From NCBI GenBank assembly GCA_021613535.1, contig CP075495.1, positions 124,001-188,000 on the forward strand: 64,000 nt of DNA, read 5' to 3'. Numbering within the stretch: the first letter of the stretch is position 1; each line of letters opens with the position of its first letter. Origin of the DNA: Adineta vaga (taxonomy: Eukaryota; Animalia; Rotifera). The notes under the pieces were generated by a model, which did not search any database, was not told where the DNA came from, and was given only the letters and a program-made list of their open reading frames with translations. Both the position numbers and the translations under genes were made by a program. This document shows, in pieces, positions 41,401 through 52,419 of this stretch.

Positions 41401-42210
41401 AGATCTGTTCTTTTCACGAAGACAGATCTTACTCAGATATGCAACAAACCAGGAGTACGGTTAGAAGCAGTGAACCGTCTAATTGCAGCTGAGTTACTTA
41501 TTCATGGAGACAACTATTGGTTGGAAACAACTCATTCTAGAAAGGCTGTTAAGAAAGATTCGAAGTATCTTTTACGAGAAGGATGGATGAAGTAATAACT
41601 TCAATAAAGTGCTTTTTCGCAAGCAAAGTAGATTTGATTTTTTTTCTTTGAAGGAAGGCTCCTGAATTACTATCGAATACATCCAAATTCAACTTCATTC
41701 AATCATTGCAACAAAATGTAATCGTTTATGTTCTTTGCACGAGTTTTGATCGATAATAAAATATCTGATTCGATTTTTTCATAGGCGAATACATCATTCG
41801 AAGATTACATGAAGAGCTTTTATCCGCATCAAGAAACTAATGTATTCACTAACAACAATTGGACATTATCAGATGAATGTGTCAAAATATTTCAATCAAA
41901 TGACTTTTACAAGCAACATGTTCGATGGGATATTGAGCGTTTTAGACCATCAGATGTACTGAACGACGCAAGTGTCGACAATGTCAAAGACTTACCATTG
42001 ACACAAGTTTCACATTCATTGCCATGTAATAGGAATGCAGCAGATGATATATCTCAAGTATTACCAGAAGAAGCATCTAATAATGCTGCAGAAACAAATG
42101 AAGTAATAAGCGCAATACCGATATCTACACGACCGAAGCGAAAAGTGCCGTCAACCGAAAACCAGGAAAATGAAGTGCGTACACAGCCAAGAAGAATGAA
42201 GAAAAAGTAG
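38438..42210 (+). CDS. AAA+ ATPase gene of element C (about 9-10 exons, open after splicing)
   Basis: Canonical Walker A LLGAS-G|SGKT (intron 38724-38939), IFLNDDAD, LILCGYDG|FLNSIRTTG, LIAATGG, DGTHNRFIY; basic tail RTQPRRMKKK. Confidence 0.88.
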
Positions 42211-42591
42211 CAACTGGTTACAATGATATTTCGAACTTTTTAATGATTCGATTTTTTTATTGATTTTTTTTATTCCATCGCATTTTATTCATCGAATGCT
42301 TTTAGATTTTTAGTTCTTCTTTTACTTTATGGACATACTACGCTTCTATGGGAAGTTGAAATAAAAAGGATACCATCATTATTTGAACAAAAACGAAATC
42401 TCGTTGGTTGTTAAGCTATCATGTAATTATGAAAAACTGTTTTTATTGCAATGCATATAAAACATTAAATGAGAAAATAAGGTTATTATTGCAATAGAAT
42501 AGTGATAATGCGCACATTACCCACATAAATTATAAATAAATGCTCTCTGAATATTATTTTTTTCCATATATTTTCAGATAAATATTTCAAT

Positions 42592-44641
42592 ATGAATACA
42601 AATTTGTCAACCCATACACTTGTTGAAATCACAGATGTAGAACATGCTCTGATATTAATGATGAGAACAATGCCTTTGGATGAAATAATGTGTGTGATGA
42701 ATTTGAATAGGTTTTTCCCACAAGAAGTACCTAACAAGTTTCATCATATCAGGAATATCATTAATTTACATTTTCATAAATCATATGAAATGTATCATAT
42801 ACGAATGATAATTGAATTTGTTTCAACGCAATCAGTGTATGACACAATGTTTCGCCAATATTCTGTACATGAAATGATTGAAAAATATCAGGCGAATAGT
42901 ATTGCTGAATCGGTTAATGCACATGAGTTGTATTTGCAACCATTTACTACCAACTGCATTCAATGCCAAACAGCATTGAAATTGGAATATACTCATCGTG
43001 CTAAAACAGTTATGTCATTAATACGAAATTATAAAGCTCGTAAGTGAATATATCATATTTATTGATTTGAAATAGATCATTTGTATTCATCTTAACAGTT
43101 ATTGCCACTTGTTATTGTGCAACTTGTGATATCGAAATATTTCCAAATTTTTTCATACATAAGAAAAAAAAATTTATTACATTAGAATCTATTAAAAATG
43201 ATGAATTTATTTACTTAAGTGGCAATCAGATACTTGATCAAAATTTGCTGATTGATTTTGATCAGCAACTAATTCAAAACACGGTGTCTTTTGAAGGATA
43301 TACCAATGCCTATAACTCCAAAATTGTATTAATCAACAGTAGACGAAGTCATAATGTTTCTCCTGTAAATGAAAATGATACTTCGTAAGATGCTAATAAT
43401 TTTATTTCAAATATAACCACACTGTGATTGTTTTTCTAAAGAGTTTTAAATGAAAAATATTTTCAAATGGCATGGATTCTAACTAATATTGCCAAGTTCA
43501 TTTTTATGGCTGGAAATGAAAAGATTATTCAAATACCAATGTCTGTACGAGATGCTGATGAATGCAACACATATTTTTTTAAAATCAAGGATGATCTTTA
43601 TAAAAATTTTGTTGCTTTTTGGACAAATCATCAACGCTTTTCAAAAAACTGCAATCCTGAAACATGTTCAAAAGTTTTCGTTGTTGATGGACATCAGAAA
43701 GCCAATAGATTAGTGTGTCAATATAAAAATGTGTTTGATTGCACTATATCAGAGCTAGGACCAGTCCAGATGGGATGTTTGTACTCACCGTTAAGAAAAG
43801 GTACGTGGCTAACTGTATGCCTAGATACTCATTTATATTTTTTCCATAGCTCCAGGTATTGATCATAGGTATTGTCAGAATCATCAACCAACACTATTGG
43901 CTTCAGAAGATCGAATAACAAGTGTGACGCATCAGGCAGTTAAAGAAGATAAAGAACACGTATTAGACAGATCAGCATTAAAGGATTACATAAAACCTGA
44001 TGGCCAATATGATGATAAACTTTGCAATGTATTTCGTTCTGGAGCAAATGTTGCATCGAAAGTCAGTACTTATGGATTTTTGGCTACATTTTTAAGTTGT
44101 GCTGTTGTAGTTGGTTTTACAGAGCAACCCTGTTCAGAAGGAAGTTAGTGCGAAAATTCAGCTTTTCTTCTTACCAGTAATTAATGTACCTCTTGATTTT
44201 TCTAATAACAAAATAGTGCGCCGAGTTCTTCATCATATTCTAACAATAAGACGGTTTGGTGAATTGCCAGCTGCCATGTGTTATGATTGTGCATGCACAT
44301 TGAAGTTATTCATAAAAAATCATTTCGGTACGGAAGATCTAAAGTCAACAAATTTTACAAAATTTCTTGAATCTTTAACTATGGCGATTGACCGTTTTCA
44401 TGTGAAGAATCATACAAGAGCAATGTGTAAAACGGTAATGAGACCTGATCATTCATCCCATAATGAGATTTTTACATCCATCAACACACAAGTTGCCGAA
44501 CAAATGTTCTCTTACTTTTCGCAATTTAAACATTCATTTCGAGGCTATAATTATCCCAAATCAACGATATTTTATACACTTCTTTTCCATTTAAAAAATT
44601 GCAAGACTACAGGTATTAGTTCTTTTTATCAAAGAGTTTGA
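42592..44641 (+). CDS. CxC-KDZ transposase of element C (5 exons, open after splicing)
   Basis: TNCIQC..CYCATC..FPNF; CSKVFVVDGHQK; GCLYSP..YCQNH; SEG|MRRV; CYDCACTL; AIDRFHVKNH; INTQVAEQMFSYF. Confidence 0.9.
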
Positions 44642-44845
44642 AATTTTTTACCAACTTTCTCACGATAAATTCTTACTCTGATTTTTTACTTAATTCTTAT
44701 AAATTTCCTTCGTAATCATTATTCGTTTTGTTGAAAAATATATTTTTTATCGAAAAAACTAATCAACATCATGAAATTATGAGCAATATATATAAATCAC
44801 AATATACTTTCCATTTCGAGATTTAATTTACAAGACGCAAAAATT

Positions 44846-44963
44846 AAATTTCTGATTTCTAATTGATTTCAAATGATGAGCAGAGTAAATTTCTGATTCC
44901 TGATTTCTAATGGATTTCAAATGATGAGCAGAGTAAATTTCTGATTCCTGATTTCTAATGGAT
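44846..44963 (+). repeat. 48-bp tandem repeat (~2.5 copies) in the right arm of element C
   Basis: gagtaaatttctgattcctgatttctaatgga at 44883 and 44931. Confidence 0.85.
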
Positions 44964-47277
44964 TGTTTTCAGTCATATAATTTGAAATAATAATTCATAC
45001 GTTAGCATAGGGCTCTGCATATTATTTCAGTTCGCAGTAACTCTACGAAATGTTAGAATTTCAAAATTTTCAAAATTTCAAAATTTTAAACTTTACAATT
45101 TTCAGAAATTTTGACATGTCATCTTCAAAATTTGTATTAGTTTTATATTTGCCATCCCATGTGAAAGAGAAGAATACTCTTTACGCTCATTTCTATAGAC
45201 ATCGATTGATTAATAATTTCCTATTTAAAGAATTAAAATGACTTACTCCATTCGAAGCACCAATAATAGAAAGACGTGGTTCAATCAGAATGGTTAAACG
45301 ATCAGCTGTTGCTTTTACATATTTTTTTGGACAACTGAAGACAGTTTGGACAAATGATTTACAATTAATCCTACAAGTAAATATAAAAGCAATTAAAAAA
45401 TTAAATCTGTTTTACTAACATCGTGTTGGTGGATTTGTCTTTAGATGGAAAGATGTTTGTCTTCTGACTGTCATCATCGAATTCATCAAATAAGCCTAAT
45501 ACGTTAGAATGTTCTGCTAATGCAGCAATACAACCTGGACCAGTAAACTAAAAAACATTATATATAAATATATATATACATCTATATAAAATGATTGATT
45601 ACTAATTGATATTACCTCATTAAGTACTTTTTCACAAACGTATACAGTATTTTCATTAGAATTTGTTTTCGATATTCTTTTCGATCGATTTTTTCCTAAA
45701 TTTTTAACCGATGTTTCGGAATCATGTGATTTCATTTCCGTTTCAAGTTCATCAATTTCATTACAAGCATTGGAAATTTCCAAGAATGTATCCGATTTAC
45801 TATAGCCTAACAAAGTACAAAGCAGAATTAACTTTTATCAATAATTGGTGCAGTATTTCATACCAGAACATGTGGTAATCAACGTATATGACGCCAAATT
45901 CTTTTCCATGTACGAACAATTATCGAGCAAAATAGTTGATTGATTAGAAAAGTATGCTATAGATGATGTTGTTGTCAAAGCAATGATACAAGAATCTTGA
46001 AGCAAAAATTTTGCTTGTGTATCAAAAACATTTGCTAAATTTTCACCATAAATTTCAATAAGGTCATAATTAATCGTGTTGGCAAAGTCGAAATTACGCC
46101 AAAAAAGATTTTCTGGCGTGACACCACTCGTCATCTAAATAAAAAATAAAATTCGCCAATTATCTACTCGTAATAAATAATGCACATTTCATATGAACAC
46201 AATTCATTCAGATAACTCAATCATTTTGTTACAAAATTTCAAGATAACGAAAAAAGATCAGTTAGATGCATCTAATAATCACAAGCAACATTATTGCAAC
46301 AAACATCAGGATAATCTTATCATAATTTCTTATTCGAGCAAGTTCACTGTTAAATTACAATCTTAATTAATGTTCACTTTTGTACATAAAAACATCATCC
46401 CTTGCAAAACTGTATCGACTCGACATCTATCGACTCAAAACATTTCGTAATTATACTTATTAGCACATGCTACGAACTACAACATTTTTTTCAACAACAT
46501 ACAAATATTCAATTACCGCAGAAACAATAATAACCCGTACTCACATTTACATCATTACTTCAACTCGATAAATATCACGAATAGAGATTTCAAATTTGAG
46601 CATTACTTCACAAAATATTTTATAACACATCAGCATAATTTTTTTTCGTACACAAAAACAGTAAAGAAAACTATTTTCAGTAGTTTTATATAAAACTGTC
46701 TCTTTCCACCTTTCATACTCATGTACACATACTAACTCCTAACTATTCCAGCTTAGTGTCACCTTCATCAACAGTCAATCGCCATATTCTGTCATAACTT
46801 CTAATTCATTTTACCAATACCCAGTTTATTCAAATGGTTTCGGAAAAAGTTACCATAGCTAGTTCATCTTTCACTAACCCGCATACCAACTGACAGAACC
46901 ATAGCAACACCTACAAAACAAGATCTATCACAGCAATAGTCGTTCGACTTAAAAAAATCCCACTCCTTACAGATGGTACTTGATTTAATTTATGACCAAA
47001 GAGCGCAACTCATTCTACCACCAACTCAAAACTTGACGCAATAGTCATCATCATAAATACTAAATTCAATCGACGAAGGCCGAACATACCTTCACCCTTT
47101 CTCATTCCCAAAATCAACAAACAGAACAATTATTTGAGGTGTAGTACGGCCGTTTCGGCCGTTTCGGCCGAATCGCGAGAAACCCATTTACACGCAACCC
47201 TCAATGCGCATATCTCTCATTGAGGGTGCTCGGAAATCGGGACCCACCTGAAAACAAAGATCCTTTGATTGCGGGAC

Positions 47278-47725
47278 GATGCATCTCCCAAGGGATATGC
47301 ATATCCCACCACCCCTAGACCCTGAAAGTGATTTAAAAAAATATCATCATTTGGAGACGGGAGATAGAGATGCGGGATATGGGTCATCTCCTTAGGGAGA
47401 TGCATCATCTCCCTAGGGATATGCATATCCCACCACCCCTAGACCCTGAAAGTGATTTAAAAAAATATCATCATTTGGAGACGGGAGATAGAGATGCGGG
47501 ATATTGGTCATCTCTCGTGGGATATGGGTCATCTCCTTAGGGAGATGCATCACCTCCCTAGGGATATGCATATCCCACCACCCCTAGACCCTGAAAGTGA
47601 TTTAAAAAAATATCATCATTTGGAGACGGGAGATGGAGATGCGGGATATGGGTCATCTCCTTAGGGAGATGCATCATCTCCCTAGGGATATGCATATCCC
47701 ACCACCCCTAGACCCTGAAAATGAT
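47278..47725 (-). repeat. Same 124-bp unit inverted (~3.5 copies, one with a 21-bp internal duplication), right subterminal repeat of element B
   Basis: gcatatcccacc at 47299, 47423, 47568 and 47692; reverse complement of the left array. Confidence 0.93.
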
Positions 47726-49409
47726 CAAGAAATATGAGATAACATTGTGTATGGTGCTCGGACAGCGTCTCTCGCATATCCACAGGCGTCTCACGCCATC
47801 CCCGATCTGCGGGATATGTGACACCACTCACAGGAACAGGTGGAAGTAACATCATCAACACCATCACCTCAAACATTGAAGAAAAAAAAGGAATTTTTCG
47901 TAAAGAGTGGTTGTCTATCACCGAATATTCCTCGTGGTTACAAGAATTAAAACATGATTTAACAAAAGCTCGATGTAAATCTTGTCTCAAAACCTTTTCT
48001 GTTCATTGTGATGAAAAATCAGCTGTAGAAAAACATATGCTTAGTAATGGACATAAAAATTCGATGAAATCATTCGAGAGTAAATCTTCATTGTCGCAAT
48101 TTATAACTCCAGAAAACGAATTAGATAAAATTTCAGCAGCTGAATGTGTGCTAGTTTTTCATGGAGTGAAGCATGGACACAGTTACAGATCTCAACAATG
48201 TACCACTGATTTAGCACGATCCATATTTTCATCTTCATCAGTTGCCAAGTCAATGTCACGTGGTAAAACTAAAGCTCGATCCATTGCGTGTAATGTTCTT
48301 GGTCCTTATTTTACAAAACAAATTGTTGATGATCTATTAAAAGCAAGATTTTACTCATTATCAGTTGATGCATCAAATAAAGGAAATTGTACAACATATC
48401 CTTTTGCAATTCAATACTTTTCTGAAACAGGTGTTAGTCAAGGTAAAAAATTATTAGTATTTGATATTTTGTATCTTTATTCAATATCTAAATAATTTTT
48501 CTTTAACATTTAGGGCTTATTGATTTTATTGAAGATCCTCATGAATCAGCTGATGATATATACAGGAATATTGTAATGATTATAAATAATCACAAATTAT
48601 ATCTTGAAAATTTAACTAGTTTTGGTGCTGACAACGCCAACGTTAATTTTGGTAAATATCATTCAGTATTTGAATTATTGAAAGGAAAAGCACCTCATCT
48701 TGTGAAGGATAAATATGAATGTTCTTCTATGACATTTTAATTGATTTTATTCGAACTATTCCTTTTGACTGTTCTATTTTAGGCAATTATCATTGCCATG
48801 TGTTGCACAGTGCTGTAAAAACTTCACACGATGATTTACCAATTGATATTGAAACAATTCTATGTAAATTATATTCTTATTTTTCAAGATCAGCAAAACG
48901 AGTTGAAAAATTAAAAGAATATTTTGATTTTGTACAAGATGATTTTCAAGTAAGTTATTCATCTCCATCTGCTGTGTAATATAATGAGTAAACCATCTAC
49001 AAGAATTTAATGTGTTTGTTTATTAAGGTTTTATTAAAACATGTAAACACCAGATGGTTAAGCTTGCTTCGATCGATTGAACGTTTACTTGATCAATATG
49101 AGCCGGTTAGGTTATATTTGTTGTACGAAGGAACAATGACAAAAGTACAACGACTTTTGAACTCTTTTTTTTCTGATTATGATGGTCAATGTACTTCGTA
49201 TTTTTTACAAAATGTTCTTTCTGAAAATCAAAAAGCTGAATTAAAATTGCAACGTACATATACAACAGCAATTGATCTTTATCCTATTATTACTAATTTA
49301 ATCAATAAATTGCAACAAAAGCTGTGCGACAAACATTATGGTCATAATACACAATTATTATTAGATCGTATAAAGAAAACTGATGAAATTAAACATGAAG
49401 AAATAATAA

Positions 49410-51629
49410 CCGAGGTGATTTGATCCGACCTGTAGATCGGACATCGGATTGCGTCGGAAACCGTCGGATTCACATACAAATCCGACCGGAACCCAACAGA
49501 CTTTCACCGGAATCCTAACCAACGGATTCCGATGCGGATTGCACCGAGAGGAATCCGACAGAAACCCGTCACAGAACAATATGTGGTTTCAGCAGAATTC
49601 CGATTGCAGAAAACATCGGATATTCACAGTATGCGACCGCTTCTTATCGGAAAAAAACAAGCAATTCCGGCGATCAGCAATTTCGCCCCAGATTTTACTT
49701 GGATTACAGTATATTCAACACAGAATACATCGGATTACACCTATATTACAGTATATTTCCCAGATTTCACCTAGATCATACCATATTAAGCCTTGATTAC
49801 ACCAGACTGCGCCTAGATTACAGTATATTTTTCAAGATTTCATGCAGATTATACCTATATTACACCAGATTACGCCTTGATTACAGTATATTACACCTAG
49901 ATTGCACCTATATCATAATGTGTTACTCACGAGTTTTCCCAGAATAAACCATATTCGTCGACAGCGTAATTGGGTTGTGGAATACTTCACAGACGCAGCG
50001 GCGTACTCTAGACTACGAGCAATAAATAAAATCTGTAATCTAGATTTCGGCGAAGTGAATAGATTACGCAAAACAGAGTGGTATATATAGGCGCGGAGGT
50101 GTAATCTAGGTTACACGCATTAAATATAATCTGTAAATGAATAATATACAAAAGTTATACAATGGATATTATAGCGGGCAAAAATAAAATCAAATATTTA
50201 CTGGAATATGATCAATATAGATATCGATTAGATTTTCTTTAAGTAAAGATCAATGCGCGATTCAGCATAGTCGTTTATAAGTAATTTTGCCAAAAAAATT
50301 ATTTTAGAATCGACTCTATGTTCAAAAAATGATTAGAAACTACCTTGTAGTTAATTCAAAAAAATATCGTTATGATCTGATATCTGTCTAATAGCTTAAG
50401 ATCACGGAGAGAATCTATCTCGTTTCTATTAGTATTACTCAATATTCGACGATTATTAATAATATTCAACCGAGATCCATTCTCAATAATCGGTTATAAT
50501 TAAACAATAGTTGTTCATCGTTTTTATATGGTCACTATGTTAAAGCAGAGTAACTGATTATACGCATTCCAATCGGTCTTGACTAATAGAGATTAGATTA
50601 TTTTGTGTCGATCAAAAATCAATGCAGACGGGTAAAAAGTATTAGCGTTTGATAAGAAGGATTGGATATACCGATAAATCCTAAGTAAATACTAGAATAT
50701 TAGATTCTCAAAAATTGGAAATTTTAGAAGATTCATTAGAAATCTGTAGATATGAAGATTTAATTACAACTTGAATATCAGTGATTTTATCACGATTTCG
50801 GATACTTTTCCGTAGTTTCTATCGAATTTTAGCTGTCTTTAATCATTCGTTTTCTATTTCTTTTTTAAAATGAAAAATCATAATCTGGAATCATTTCTAA
50901 TGATTTCTCTTTCAGAAATCATTTTTTCCCTCTACGTCAATGTATAATAGTATAATCAACATCAAAAATTACCTGTCATTTCTCAGGTATATTGTTTAAC
51001 ATTCAAACAATTATTTTCGCGATATATGATGACTATTTGTAATTACCAACATTTCAGAATTACTCTTGTATTTGGCACACATATAATCATAATCGTTATT
51101 AATTTTGATTTCGCTTGACAAAGCATATTGCACTAAGTTGCAAATGTAATTGAGAAATATTATTTCTTTCACTGAAGTCTAATCGTTATGCTAAATGACG
51201 TTTATAACTTTCCGATTATTTCCGATATGTACCTGTGACAAGTTCCTGGCGGATCTATATTGTCGGAGAGCGTTAAAACCCGATCAAAGGAACTCTTGTG
51301 TTCCTGTAGAATCCGACAAGTTCTGGTAGCAGGAAGTGAACGGTTTTATCTTGGAATCCGGTGTCATGTGAAACTGTAATTTCCGATAATTTCTTGACAC
51401 CGGATCACATCGGATCTGATCAGAAACAGTCGGATATGAGAATCGGATCTGATCAGTTTCGAATTTATGTATCTTGTCGGAAATTGCCGGATCCGATAAG
51501 CGGATATCAAGGGAAGTTAATAGATTGTATCGGGATCCGTTGACAAGTGGCCGACTGGATCCGATCATCCGTTTAACAACGGATTTGATAGGTCCCCGAC
51601 AGTATCCGATGGACACGTTTTGACCTGGG
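49410..51629. mobile_element. Non-autonomous CMC/CACTA-type element inserted in the hAT ORF
   Basis: Ends ccgaggt...acctggg with 2-bp TSD aa. Removal restores EEII-K-SIDAFV. Both arms are rich in tccga/tcgga subterminal motifs. Confidence 0.75.
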
Positions 51630-51828
51630 AAAATCAATTGATGCATTTGTTCAATCAGTCATAGACTATATTAAATCTTATTTCGATGAACAAAATGCAT
51701 TTTATAAAAAATTATCATTTTTCAATGTTCAGTCATTTCAATTTCTTACTTGGAAAAATGTTTTAGATATTGTCAATCTGATTCATGTGAACGACTTAGA
51801 TACGGATCAACTTTATAGTGAATTCAAT

Positions 51829-52419
51829 CATATGATGCGTTATAGCGATTGCCTGGAAATTGTATGTATTTTGGATATCAGATAAATTTCCGGAAATCCA
51901 AAAATTGAATTCCAAACAGCCTATTATAGAATTTAGTTCTCACTGCCATAATGGACATAATCGAGAATTTCCCAATTTCCATCATGGAAACTGCATATGA
52001 TGCGTTATAGCCATTCGCACGGTATCCTGTGTGTTTTGTATTCCAAAGCAATACCCGGAAACTGGGTTTATCTCGATGAGGGTGCTTTGAAACGTGATGA
52101 GGGTTTATCTCGATGAGGGTGCTTCGAAACGTGAGGAGGGTTTATGTGTTGTATCCCACTCACATTGATTTCTGAAACGAACTATAGGAACTTTTAGGAC
52201 ACTCCTTTTAACAACTGCGCCGTTCTTTCGTGAATAAAAATCTATCCAATATCATCTATTGGACATAATGGGCAGAATGGACATAATTGAGAAGTTGCGT
52301 ACAACGTACTGAAGCGTTGGATATTGTCGATTATGCCCAGCATAAACAAGTGTCCATAATGAACCTAATTTCCATGATGGAAATTGAGTTTCCCGGAAAA
52401 CACTATAACGCATCAAATC
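51829..52419 (-). mobile_element. 591-bp MITE with KDZ-element-like ends and 8-bp TSD
   Basis: TSD aattcaat (51821-51828, 52420-52427). Ends catatgatgcgttatag... and ...ctataacgcatcaaatc. Removal restores YSEFNHIKCL. Confidence 0.75.

Larger units (their letters stand above)
36712..45161 (+). mobile_element. Element C: apparently intact 8,450-bp ATPase + KDZ transposase DNA transposon
   Basis: Perfect 8-bp TSD tgaaagag (36704-36711, 45162-45169). Ends gaggacgtggcaaat... and ...atttgccatcccatg. 16-bp subterminal IR aatcagaaatttactc (36778-36793) / gagtaaatttctgatt (44883 and 44931). Confidence 0.9.
34177..46134 (-). pseudogene. AAA+ ATPase gene of element B; the intron 36437-45246 contains element C
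   Basis: Walker A-like TTCS-G|YSKS (intron 45807-45863), Walker B GLFDEFD (~45480-45500). IIGASNG|gtaagt at 45246 joins ttag|SILMEII...DAMIERFDF at 36436, matching GASTG...DGTISRYLF of copy 0. Apparent frameshifts in the 5' exons. Confidence 0.8.
30373..47829 (-). mobile_element. Element B: ATPase + KDZ transposase DNA transposon (~9.0 kb plus nested element C)
   Basis: Perfect 8-bp TSD acaggaac (30365-30372, 47830-47837). Ends cagcagtgtcacatatcccgcggatcgg and ccgatctgcgggatatgtgacaccactc. Inverted 124-bp arrays inside both ends. Confidence 0.93.

Noticed and set aside
36450-45020. atgcagag / ctctgcat as the TIRs of element C
   Set aside because: No flanking TSD. The 36712/45161 boundary gives a perfect 8-bp TSD and the shared GAG...TG ends.
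30913-47426. Short ORFs 30913-31104 and 47217-47426
   Set aside because: Translations of the 124-bp repeat unit.
49361-51646. Cluster of ORFs at 49.4-50.1 kb and 51.3-51.6 kb
   Set aside because: They lie in repetitive subterminal arms of a non-autonomous element and show no coding signature.
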